Source of the DNA: an uncultured Solibacteraceae bacterium
GTDB taxonomy: Bacteria > Acidobacteriota > Vicinamibacteria > Vicinamibacterales > SCN-69-37
Assembly: GCA_964419785.1 (NCBI GenBank)
Contig: CAYQRM010000046.1
Span: 9,473-73,472 of the forward strand
Direction: 5' to 3'
Length of the DNA stretch: 64,000 nucleotides
The translations under genes and the position numbers were made by a program. Under the pieces are notes generated by a model that saw only the letters and a list, made by a program, of their open reading frames with translations, was not told the DNA's origin and did not search any database. Shown piece by piece: positions 45,990-54,332 of the stretch (position 1 is the stretch's first letter; the number at the start of each line of letters is the position of its first letter).

Positions 45990-48047
45990 ATGCGGCGCAC
46001 GTGGACGCTTGCGATCGTCGTAGCGCTCGTGTCGATCGGCTGGGCGGCCTGCTCGCGCGGCGCGCGCCCGGATCACCCAAAGCTGGTCGTGCTCGGGTTC
46101 GACGGCCTCGATCCCACGCTGCTCGATCTGTACCTCAAGCGCGGCGAGATGCCGGCGTTCGCGCGGCTGATCAAGAGCGGCACGCTCAGCAAGCTCGGCA
46201 CGACCGTGTCGCCCGAGTCGCCGACGTCCTGGGCGTCGTTCGCGACCGGCGTCAATCCGGGCAAACACAACATCTACGACTTCCTGATCCGCGATACGCA
46301 GACGTACCTGCCGGATCTCGGCATCGTGCACGTCCAGCCACCGACGTTCCTCTTCGACTGGATGCCGCTCTCGCGGCCGAAAGTGACGTCACTGCGCGGC
46401 GGCACCTCCTTCTGGGTCACGGCCGGCCAAGCCGGCGTGCGGAGCGAAGTGCTCACCGTGCCCGTGACGTTTCCGGTCGAGGACGTACCGAATGGCGAGC
46501 TCCTCGCGGGCCTGCCGACGCCCGACGTGCGCGGCACGGTCGGCACCTATTCGTACTGGGCGACGGACCTCAGCCGCTACCAGGCGGGCGATAGCGAAAT
46601 GGGCGGCATCCTCAACACGCTGACCTTCGTGGACGGCGTCGCGCACACGAAGCTCATCGGGCCGCCGAATCCGATCGTCAAGACGCAGGTCAAGGAGATC
46701 TTCGCGAAGACGCATCTCACCGACGAGGACCGCACGAAGGTGGCCGAACTCCAAGTCCACGAAGACGCCACGCTGCCGCTCGACATCACGTGGACGCGCG
46801 GATCGAACAAGGCGACGATCGCGCTCGCCGGCCAGACGATCGCGCTCAACGCCGGCGAGTGGAGCAAGTGGATCAATGTCGATTTCGAGATCAACGTTTT
46901 CATCCGCGTCCACGGCATGGTGCTGCTCTACCTGGCGCAGGCCGACAGCGAGCTGAAACTCTACGCGTCGCCCATCAATTTCCGGCCCGACGAGCCGCCG
47001 ATTCCGATCTCGGCGCCGTCGAGCATGGCCGCCGACCTCTACAAGCGGCTCGGACCGTTCCGCACGCTCGGCTGGGCCGAGGCGACCAATCCGCTGCGCG
47101 AGGAGCATATCGACGAGAAGGCGTTCATGGACGATCTGTTCCGCGCCTTCGATGACCGCGCGAACGTGATTCTCGACCGTCTCGGCAACGCGGACTGGGA
47201 CCTGCTCGTTGGCGTGATCGAGTCGACCGATCGCGTGCAACACATGATGTTCCGGCTGATCGATCCGACGCATCCGGCATTCGATCCTGCGCTCGCCGAG
47301 AAATTCGGCGACTCGATCGAACGCGTTTACAAGCGCGCGGACCAGTTCGTCGGCCAGGTGCTCGACATCGTGCCGCCCGACACGACGATCATGATCGTCT
47401 CCGACCACGGCTTCCATTCGTGGCGCAAAGCCGTCAACCTCAACACGTGGCTCGCGCAGAACGGCTACATGGCGCTCAAGGGCAACGCCGCGGCGCCGGA
47501 CAAGAAACTCGAAGATCTTTTCGGGGGCGGCGAGTTCTGGGAGAACGTCGACTGGTCGAAAACGCGCGCCTACAGCATGGGCCTCGGTCAGATCTATTTC
47601 AATCTGCGCGGACGCGAAGGCCAGGGCATCGTCAGTCCAGGCGCCGAGTACGGCGCGCTCGCCGACGAGCTCAAGGGCAAGTTGCTTGCCTCACTCATCG
47701 ATACCGACAACGGCACGCACATCATCCGCAACGTCTACAAGCGCGACGATGTGTACTCCGGCGAGTTCTTGGGCAACGCGCCGGACCTGCAGCTCGGCTT
47801 CGAGGACGGCTACCGCGTGTCGTGGCAAACGACGCTCGGCGGCTCGCCCCAGGGCATCGTCTACGCGAACACCCAGAAGTGGAGCGGCGACCACTGCGGT
47901 TTCGACTACCAGACGACGTCCGGCATCTTCATCAGCAACAAGCCGATTTCGGCCACCAATCCCAGCATCATGGACATCGCCCCGACCGTGCTCAAGCTGC
48001 TGGGCGTCGCGATTCCAGGTAATATCGACGGCAAGCCGTTGTTCTAA
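45990..48047 (+). CDS. Alkaline-phosphatase-superfamily protein (type I phosphodiesterase/nucleotide pyrophosphatase-like), lipoprotein-like
   Basis: MRRTWTLAIVVALVSIGWAAC, VVLGFDGLDP, SPESPTSWASFATG, VSDHGF. The track N-terminal extension was rejected. Confidence 0.8.
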   Translation: MRRTWTLAIVVALVSIGWAACSRGARPDHPKLVVLGFDGLDPTLLDLYLKRGEMPAFARLIKSGTLSKLGTTVSPESPTSWASFATGVNPGKHNIYDFLIRDTQTYLPDLGIVHVQPPTFLFDWMPLSRPKVTSLRGGTSFWVTAGQAGVRSEVLTVPVTFPVEDVPNGELLAGLPTPDVRGTVGTYSYWATDLSRYQAGDSEMGGILNTLTFVDGVAHTKLIGPPNPIVKTQVKEIFAKTHLTDEDRTKVAELQVHEDATLPLDITWTRGSNKATIALAGQTIALNAGEWSKWINVDFEINVFIRVHGMVLLYLAQADSELKLYASPINFRPDEPPIPISAPSSMAADLYKRLGPFRTLGWAEATNPLREEHIDEKAFMDDLFRAFDDRANVILDRLGNADWDLLVGVIESTDRVQHMMFRLIDPTHPAFDPALAEKFGDSIERVYKRADQFVGQVLDIVPPDTTIMIVSDHGFHSWRKAVNLNTWLAQNGYMALKGNAAAPDKKLEDLFGGGEFWENVDWSKTRAYSMGLGQIYFNLRGREGQGIVSPGAEYGALADELKGKLLASLIDTDNGTHIIRNVYKRDDVYSGEFLGNAPDLQLGFEDGYRVSWQTTLGGSPQGIVYANTQKWSGDHCGFDYQTTSGIFISNKPISATNPSIMDIAPTVLKLLGVAIPGNIDGKPLF

Positions 48048-48057
48048 GGAGCCTCCC

Positions 48058-49239
48058 ATGGCGAAACGTCTCGCGGTCCTCGCGGTCGTCGTCGGGGTCG
48101 TCGTGCCGATCGCCGCAGTCGCCATCGAACAGACGACGGCCGCGACCGATCTCACCGTGCATGAATGGGGCACGTTCACATCGGTCGCCGGACAGGATGG
48201 CCAGGCCGTGCCGTGGCATCCGATCAGCGGCGCGTCCGACTTGCCGTGCTTCGTGAGCCAGCTCAATCCTCTGAGTGTGAAAGTCGACGTCGCGTGGCTG
48301 CCGACGCTGCGCGCCACCGTGCGAATGGAAACGCCGGTGCTCTACTTCTACTCACCGGGCGATGCGACGGTCTCAGTCAAAGTCCAGTTTCATCAGGGGC
48401 TCCTATCCGAGTGGTATCCCCAGGCCACCGTCCCGGAGCCAACCTATCCGGTCAGCTTCTCTGGCACCGGCAGCATCGAATGGCCAGTCGTGCACGTGCG
48501 TCCCGCGACGCCGCCGCGCTTTGTGACCGAGCCAGGCTCGAGCCATTACTACGCCGCGCGCGAGACCGACGCCGCGCCCGTTGAAGTCAACGGCCAGTAC
48601 GAGCGGTTCCTGTTCTATCGCGGCCTCGCGGGTTTCGCGCCGACGATGCGCGCGCGCGACACAGGGCAGGATGCTGTCGTCATCGACAACACCGGGACGA
48701 GCGCGGTGCCAAACGCGCTGGTGTTCGAGAGCGACGGCACACATTTCGGCTATCGCATTACGGGTGCGATCCAGACGACAGTGACGGTGCCGCGGCCCGA
48801 GCTCGCAAGCGATCTCACATCGCTGCGCCACGACCTGGGTGCGCTGCTCGTCGAACAGGGACTCTTCCCGCGCGAGGCCAACGCGATGCTCGACACGTGG
48901 CGCGACTCGTGGTTCGAGCCGGGCCTGCGCGTGCTCTATCTCGTGCCGCGCCAGAGTGTCGACGCGATCCTGCCGCTCGAGATCAGCCCGGCACCGAGAG
49001 CGACGACGCGGGTGTTTGTCGGACGGCTGGAGCTGCTGACGATGGCCATGGAGGCCGAGGTGCAGCGCGCGGTCGATCGCGGCGACACCGCGACACTGTC
49101 CAGGTACGGACGCTTCCTCGAACCTGCAATGGATGTGCTCAAGGCTCGGGCCGCGACCGACGCCGATCGCGCCCGCCTCGATGCGGCATTCAAGGCGGTC
49201 TCCAAGGCGCCAGCCGCGGCCGCCCGATCCTGCCGATAA
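48058..49239 (+). CDS. Secreted conserved hypothetical protein
   Basis: AAGGAG SD, signal/TM MAKRLAVLAVVVGVVVPIAAV, and motif TVHEWGTFTSV. No function recognised. Confidence 0.6.
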   Translation: MAKRLAVLAVVVGVVVPIAAVAIEQTTAATDLTVHEWGTFTSVAGQDGQAVPWHPISGASDLPCFVSQLNPLSVKVDVAWLPTLRATVRMETPVLYFYSPGDATVSVKVQFHQGLLSEWYPQATVPEPTYPVSFSGTGSIEWPVVHVRPATPPRFVTEPGSSHYYAARETDAAPVEVNGQYERFLFYRGLAGFAPTMRARDTGQDAVVIDNTGTSAVPNALVFESDGTHFGYRITGAIQTTVTVPRPELASDLTSLRHDLGALLVEQGLFPREANAMLDTWRDSWFEPGLRVLYLVPRQSVDAILPLEISPAPRATTRVFVGRLELLTMAMEAEVQRAVDRGDTATLSRYGRFLEPAMDVLKARAATDADRARLDAAFKAVSKAPAAAARSCR

Positions 49240-49281
49240 CGACCGGGCGCGCGCGGCCGTCCGAGGTGCGATAATCGAGAA

Positions 49282-50445
49282 ATGTCGTTCAAGACTCGGC
49301 TCTGGATCCTGCTGATTTCCACCCCGCTCGTGCTGTTCGTTGGCGTGGGTGGCCTGATTGGCGCGACGACCGTCCCGCCCGCCCAGGCAGGGTTCGCGGA
49401 TCTTCGCCTCTTCGGCGAGATCGTCCAGCTCATCACCAGCAGCTACGTCGAGCCGGTCGACATCGACAAGGTGATGGACGGCGCGATGCGCGGCCTCGCG
49501 GATGGGCTCGATCCGGCGAGCGCGTACCTCTTGCCGGACGAAATCACATCAATCGAGAACGGCACGCCGCTCCCGCCCGCGACCGCTGGAATCATCGTCA
49601 CCCGCCAGTTCTATCTGCGGGTCGTCGGCGTCGAAGATGGATCGTCGGCCGCGAAGGCCGGGATCCGCACGGGCGACTACTTGCGCATGATTGACGGCAA
49701 GCCGACGCGCGACATGTCGGCGCTCACCGGCACGAGGCTGCTCCACGGCACGCCGGGATCGCCGGTGGCGGTGCTGCTGCTGCGCGGCAACGCGGCCGAT
49801 CCGCACGAGGTGAATCTCGTACGCGAGCCGCCGTCGGGCGCGGCCGCGACGAGCAAGAAACTGCCGGGCGGCGAGACGTACGTGCGCGTCTCGCGTTTCA
49901 CGAACGAAGTGCCTGCGGCGCTGCGGCAATTCGCCGAAGCCGCGAAGTCGAGCGCGACGCCGGGACTCATCATTGACTTGCGCGGCACGGCCGACGGCGC
50001 GCCGGCCGAGGGCATCGCGGCGGCGCGACTGTTCATCAAATCCGGCACGATCGCGACGCTCGCCGGCCGCGACGACAAGTCGGTCACGACCGCCGGTCCG
50101 TCGGACGGCACCGAGACGAATCCCGTCGTGCTGCTCGTCTCGAACGGCACGGCCAACGCCGCCGAAGTGTTCGCCGCGGCGCTCCAAGGCAGCACGCGCG
50201 CGACGCTCGTCGGCGAACCGACCGCAGGACTCGCGGCCGTGCAGCGGCTCGTCAAGCTGCCCGACAATCGCGCGCTCTGGATGACCACTCAACGGTATCT
50301 GACGAGCGCCGGCGCGCCGATCCACGAGCGCGGCTTGCGCCCGGACGTCCCGGTCGCCGAGCCTCAAGTCGCCTTCGGCGAAGCCGCGCCCGCAACGGAC
50401 GAGGCGCTCAATAAGGCGGTAGAACAACTGAAAACAAAGAAATAA
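49282..50445 (+). CDS. S41 family C-terminal processing peptidase with PDZ domain
   Basis: PDZ: GVEDGSSAAKAGIRTGDYLRMIDGKPT. S41 core: IIDLRGTADGA, LVSNGTANAAEVFAAALQ. Confidence 0.88.
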   Translation: MSFKTRLWILLISTPLVLFVGVGGLIGATTVPPAQAGFADLRLFGEIVQLITSSYVEPVDIDKVMDGAMRGLADGLDPASAYLLPDEITSIENGTPLPPATAGIIVTRQFYLRVVGVEDGSSAAKAGIRTGDYLRMIDGKPTRDMSALTGTRLLHGTPGSPVAVLLLRGNAADPHEVNLVREPPSGAAATSKKLPGGETYVRVSRFTNEVPAALRQFAEAAKSSATPGLIIDLRGTADGAPAEGIAAARLFIKSGTIATLAGRDDKSVTTAGPSDGTETNPVVLLVSNGTANAAEVFAAALQGSTRATLVGEPTAGLAAVQRLVKLPDNRALWMTTQRYLTSAGAPIHERGLRPDVPVAEPQVAFGEAAPATDEALNKAVEQLKTKK

Positions 50446-50565
50446 CGTCCAGGCAAGGCACCTGCCGCGTTCTGGTGCCTGTTGCCCGACGCCTGCCACG
50501 TAGCCCGAGCCCTGATCTATACTGATCGTTCGGCATCCGCGCAGCGGGGCCGACAGACAGACTCT

Positions 50566-50642
50566 AGGCATGTAGCTCAGCTGGTTAGAGCGCCTGCTTG
50601 ACATGCAGGAGGTCGGCGGTTCGAGTCCGCCCGTGCCTACCA
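50566..50642 (+). tRNA. tRNA-Val (anticodon GAC), CCA encoded
   Basis: Cloverleaf by hand. Acceptor AGGCATG/CGTGCCT, D arm GCTC-AGCTGGTTA-GAGC, anticodon arm CCTGC-TTGACAT-GCAGG, T arm GGCGG-TTCGAGT-CCGCC, then A-CCA. Confidence 0.93.
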
Positions 50643-50674
50643 TTTGAGTCGGCCGCGGAACGGCCGACTCAAAT
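50642..50674 (+). terminator. Perfect 14-bp hairpin immediately after tRNA-Val
   Basis: ATTTGAGTCGGCCG-CGGAA-CGGCCGACTCAAAT. No clear U-tract. Confidence 0.55.
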
Positions 50675-50676
50675 GG

Positions 50677-50807
50677 AAGTTCGAAGCCCGGAGTTCGAAG
50701 TTTGCCGATCGCGAGACGAGTACGGACCAAGACGGACACTCCACATTGCGTTGTGTTCTTCCTCTTCACGTCTGACTTCTAACTTCTGGCTTCTAACTTC
50801 TGACTTG
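50677..50807. repeat. GAAGTT(C/A)GAAG word-repeat element in the thrS leader
   Basis: Left: GGAAGTTCGAAGCCCGGAGTTCGAAG. The reverse complement of the right arm (50776-50800) is GAAGTTAGAAGCCAGAAGTTAGAAG. The right arm ends 3 nt before the thrS ATG. Confidence 0.75.
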
Positions 50808-50810
50808 ATC

Positions 50811-52760
50811 ATGGTCACCGTAACCCTTCCCGACGGCTCCCAGCGCAGCGTGGCCCCTGGCACGCCAGTGCGGGAGTTTGCCGCCTCGGCGCTGCCTCAG
50901 AGCGTCGTCAAGAAGGCGATCGCCGCGGAAGTCGATGGACGGATGGTCGATCTCACCTACCCGCTCGATCGTGACGCGTCGCTGAAGATCGTCACGCCGG
51001 ACGGGCCGGAGGCGCTGCATCTCTATCGCCACTCGACGGCGCACCTGCTCGCGGCGGCGGTGACGAATCTCTTTCCCGGCGCGCAGTGCGGCATCGGTCC
51101 GGCGACCGATGAAGGGTTCTTCTATGACTTCGTCGTGCCGCGCCCGTTCGTGCCCGAAGATCTCGAGAGGATCGAAGCGAAGATGAAGCAGATGGCGTCC
51201 GAGGACCTGCCCTACGAGCGGCAGATGTGGCCTCGCGCCGAGGCGATCGACTTCTTCTCGAAGCGCGGCGAGCCGCTGAAGGTCCAGTTGATCGAAGAGA
51301 AGACCGCGGGACAATCCGAGGTCTCCTGCTACACGATCAAGGACCGCGACACGTTCGTCGACTTCTGCGTCGGCCCGCACGTGCCGTCGACCAAGAACCT
51401 GCGCGCGTTCAAACTGCTGTCGGTGTCGAACGCGTACTGGAAAGGCGACGCCCACAATCAGCCGATGCAACGCATCTACGGGACGGCCTTCTTCAAAGAA
51501 GACGATCTCAAGCAGCACCTGCATCAGCAGGACGAAGCCAAGAAGCGCGATCATCGCAAGCTCGGCAAGGAGCTCGGCCTCTTCACGTTCCATCCCTGGG
51601 CGCCGGGCGCGGCGTTCTGGCTCGGCAAGGGCACCATCATCTACAACCTGCTGGCGCAGTACATGCGCGAGGTGTTGTATCCGGCCGGCTATACCGAAGT
51701 GAAGACGCCGCTCATCTACAACAAGCATCTCTGGGAGACGTCCGGTCACTGGCAGCACTACCGCCAGAACATGTTCCTGGTCGAATCCGAGAACGTCGAG
51801 ATGGGCGTCAAGGCGATGAACTGCCCCGGGCACATGCTCGTGTTCGGCAGCGACACGCGCAGCTACCGCGATCTGCCGCTGCGCCTGCACGAGCAGACAC
51901 CGCTCCATCGCAACGAGGCGTCGGGCGTGCTCTCGGGTCTGACCCGCGTGCGGCAATTCTCGCAGGACGACGCGCACTGCTTCGTCGCGCCGGATCAGAT
52001 CGGCGACGAGGTCGAGCGGCTGTTGAATCTCGTGAAGCGCGTCTACGGTGACTTCGATCTGAAATACGAAGTCAAGCTGTCGACTCGCCCGGCCGATTTT
52101 CTCGGCGAGCGCGAGACGTGGGATCACGCCGAGGCGGAGCTCAAGCGCGCGCTTGCCGCCGCGGGCGTCCCGTACCGCATTGACGAAGGCGATGGCGCGT
52201 TCTACGGTCCGAAAATCGACTTCGACGTCATGGACGCCATCGGCCGCAAGTGGCAGTGCGCGACGATCCAGCTCGACTACCAGATGCCCGCGCGCTTCGG
52301 CTTGAAGTACATCGGCGCCGACAACGCCGAGCACATGCCGATCGTGATCCATCGCGCGATCTTCGGCAGCTTCGAGCGCTTCATCGCGCTCTTGATTGAG
52401 CACTACGCGGGCGCGTTCCCGCTGTGGCTCGCGCCTGTACAGGTCGCGATTCTGCCGATTGCCGACCGCCATCTGGAGTACGCGGGGCAGGTGCTGGCGA
52501 AGCTGAACGCGGCCGGTCTGCGGGCTGAGCTCGACGGCCGGCAGGAAAAGATTGGCTTTAAGATCCGGGAAGCCCAGCTGCAGAAGGTGCCGTATATGCT
52601 AGTCATTGGCGACCGCGAGGCCGCCGAAGGCACGGTCGCCGTCCGCAGCCGGACGGGCGGAGACCTGGGGGCGCGGCCGCTCGAGGAGTTCGTGCGGACC
52701 GCCTCCGAAGAGCGTGCGTCGCGGAAAGAGACGCCCGCCGCGCAGGCGTCGGCACACTAG
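50811..52760 (+). CDS. thrS: Threonine--tRNA ligase
   Basis: TGS start MVTVTLPDGS, HSTAHLLA, DHRKLGKELGLF, class II motifs (..FRNEASG.LSGLTRVRQF.QDDAH..) and a C-terminal anticodon-binding domain. Confidence 0.96.
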   Translation: MVTVTLPDGSQRSVAPGTPVREFAASALPQSVVKKAIAAEVDGRMVDLTYPLDRDASLKIVTPDGPEALHLYRHSTAHLLAAAVTNLFPGAQCGIGPATDEGFFYDFVVPRPFVPEDLERIEAKMKQMASEDLPYERQMWPRAEAIDFFSKRGEPLKVQLIEEKTAGQSEVSCYTIKDRDTFVDFCVGPHVPSTKNLRAFKLLSVSNAYWKGDAHNQPMQRIYGTAFFKEDDLKQHLHQQDEAKKRDHRKLGKELGLFTFHPWAPGAAFWLGKGTIIYNLLAQYMREVLYPAGYTEVKTPLIYNKHLWETSGHWQHYRQNMFLVESENVEMGVKAMNCPGHMLVFGSDTRSYRDLPLRLHEQTPLHRNEASGVLSGLTRVRQFSQDDAHCFVAPDQIGDEVERLLNLVKRVYGDFDLKYEVKLSTRPADFLGERETWDHAEAELKRALAAAGVPYRIDEGDGAFYGPKIDFDVMDAIGRKWQCATIQLDYQMPARFGLKYIGADNAEHMPIVIHRAIFGSFERFIALLIEHYAGAFPLWLAPVQVAILPIADRHLEYAGQVLAKLNAAGLRAELDGRQEKIGFKIREAQLQKVPYMLVIGDREAAEGTVAVRSRTGGDLGARPLEEFVRTASEERASRKETPAAQASAH

Positions 52761-52769
52761 GAGGCCGTT

Positions 52770-53324
52770 ATCGCATTCGACCGAGGACCACGACGAGACG
52801 ATCGCGTTCGCACGAACGAGCGCATCAGAGTGCGGGAAATCCGCGTCATCGACGACACCGGCGAGCAGCTCGGCATCATGCCGCCGCCGCAGGCCCTGGC
52901 CTTGGCCAGGAGTAAAGGGCTGGACCTCGTCGAAATTTCTCCGACGGCCGTCCCGCCGGTCTGCCGGATCATGGACTTCGGGAAGTACCAGTACGAGCAG
53001 CAGAAGCGCGCGCGCTCGGCGAAGAAGCACCAGAAAGTGATCCTCGTCAAAGAGATCAAGTTCCGGCCGAAGGTGGACGAGCACGACTATCAGTTCAAGA
53101 AGAAGCACATCGAGCGCTTCTTGAGCGAGGGCGACAAAGTGAAGGCGACGATTTTCTTCCGCGGGCGCGAGAACGCGCACCCGGAGATCGGCCACCGGAT
53201 TCTCGAACGGCTCGTCGCGGACTTGAACGAACTGGCGGTGACCGAGTCAGCGCCACAAAAAGAAGGCAACCAGCTCCACACGATTCTCGCGCCGCGGCCT
53301 GGAAGCAGCACGCGTCGCAATTAG
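52770..53324 (+). CDS. infC: Translation initiation factor IF-3, probable non-canonical ATC start
   Basis: The conserved [23 protein letters not shown] lies upstream of the track GTG (52830). The frame is open from the thrS TAG. The only near-cognate start is ATC 52770, 5 nt after AGGAGG (52759-52764). Confidence 0.85.
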   Translation: MAFDRGPRRDDRVRTNERIRVREIRVIDDTGEQLGIMPPPQALALARSKGLDLVEISPTAVPPVCRIMDFGKYQYEQQKRARSAKKHQKVILVKEIKFRPKVDEHDYQFKKKHIERFLSEGDKVKATIFFRGRENAHPEIGHRILERLVADLNELAVTESAPQKEGNQLHTILAPRPGSSTRRN

Positions 53325-53332
53325 GACCGACG

Positions 53333-53530
53333 ATGCCAAAGATCAAGACTCACCGGGGCGCCGCCAAGCGCTTCAAGAAGACCGCCACGGGCAAGTTTCT
53401 GCGCTCGAAGGCGTTCAAGCGCCACATCCTCACGAGCAAGCCGAAGCAGCGCAAGCGCCACCTGAAGGGCACCGAGGTGGTTGACGCCGCCGATCGGGCG
53501 CGGCTCAGGAAGATGCTTCCATACGATTGA
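53333..53530 (+). CDS. rpmI: 50S ribosomal protein L35
   Basis: [22 protein letters not shown]... Confidence 0.96.
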   Translation: MPKIKTHRGAAKRFKKTATGKFLRSKAFKRHILTSKPKQRKRHLKGTEVVDAADRARLRKMLPYD

Positions 53531-53538
53531 AACGGATC

Positions 53539-53643
53539 AAGTTAGAAGTCAGAAGCCAGAAGTTAGAAGTTCGGACAGTACGCGGAACTCTGACTCTGAA
53601 TGGATATCTGAACTTCTAACTTCTGGCTTCTAACTTCTAACTT
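53539..53643. repeat. 105-bp inverted repeat (34-nt arms, 1 mismatch) between rpmI and rplT
   Basis: Left arm: AAGTTAGAAGTCAGAAGCCAGAAGTTAGAAGTTC. Right arm: GAACTTCTAACTTCTGGCTTCTAACTTCTAACTT. 37-nt loop. Confidence 0.92.
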
Positions 53644-53657
53644 CCCGAGAGGGGTTT

Positions 53658-54026
53658 ATGCCGCGCGTCAAAAGAGGTCCCCATCGTCGTGCCAAGCGCA
53701 AGAAGCTGCTGAAGCGCGCGAAGGGCTATTTCGCCACCAAGAGCAAGCTCTACCAGGCCGCACAGGAAGCGGTCGACAAGGCCGGAAACTATGCGTTCTC
53801 CGGCCGCCGCCGGAAGAAGCGGGATTTCCGCCGCCTGTGGGTCGTCCGCATCAACGCCGCCGCGCGCCAGCACGGTCTGACGTACGGCCAGCTCATCAGC
53901 GGTCTCAAGGCCGCCGGCGTCGGACTCGATCGCAAGAGCCTCGCCGAGCTCGCCGTGAATCACCCGTCGGCGTTCGCCGCCGTCGCCGCGCAAGCGCAGA
54001 AGTCGCAGCCCGCGCGCAGCGCCTAG
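53658..54026 (+). CDS. rplT: 50S ribosomal protein L20
   Basis: MPRVKRGPHRRAKRKKLLKRAKGYF...FRRLWVVRINAAAR. SD GAGAGGGG. Confidence 0.96.
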   Translation: MPRVKRGPHRRAKRKKLLKRAKGYFATKSKLYQAAQEAVDKAGNYAFSGRRRKKRDFRRLWVVRINAAARQHGLTYGQLISGLKAAGVGLDRKSLAELAVNHPSAFAAVAAQAQKSQPARSA

Positions 54027-54059
54027 CGACGACCGCGTCTGACGACCCGCCAAGCGCGA

Positions 54060-54256
54060 TTCACCACGAAGCTCACGAAGGGCCGCGAAGGAAAGAGTGG
54101 CCGATATCGTGGTTAAGACCGACGTCGGGGCCTGTCGCGCGCCGCCGATCTGACGGCGTCGAGGCCCGCCTACGGTCCTACGTGGTTGATTGCTCTTTGC
54201 TGCCAATGCGGCGTGACCGTCCGACCTTCGCGGCCCTTTGTGAGCTTCGTGGTGAA
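54060..54256. repeat. ~197-bp hairpin element (32-nt outer arms, 1 mismatch) in the rplT-pheS spacer
   Basis: TTCACCACGAAGCTCACGAAGGGCCGCGAAGG ... CCTTCGCGGCCCTTTGTGAGCTTCGTGGTGAA. The core GCCGCCGATCTGACGGCGTCGAGGCC resembles 8531-8558. Confidence 0.9.
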
Positions 54257-54280
54257 CGCCCTTCCGTGATCTGTCACACG

Positions 54281-54309
54281 TTGGCATCTCGCGCATGACA
54301 CGCTATGCT
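54281..54309 (+). promoter_or_regulatory. Candidate sigma-70-type promoter for pheST (TTGGCA-N17-TATGCT)
   Basis: -35 TTGGCA at 54281-54286, a 17-nt spacer and -10 TATGCT at 54304-54309, 24 nt before the pheS ATG. Confidence 0.4.
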
Positions 54310-54332
54310 TTCGTGCTTGGCGTGAGCCCGTC

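Noticed and set aside
50566-50810. tRNA-Val as an integration hotspot, or the start of a genomic island.
   Set aside because: No integrase is present, I saw no direct repeat of the tRNA 3' end downstream, and the flanking genes (S41 protease, thrS operon) are core genes with the same composition.
50644-50810. T-box leader or E. coli-type tRNA-Thr-mimic operator in front of thrS, and a Firmicutes-type L20 leader before infC.
   Set aside because: I found no specifier or T-box sequence and no anticodon-arm mimic. The thrS-infC gap is only 9 nt, which leaves no room for an L20 leader.
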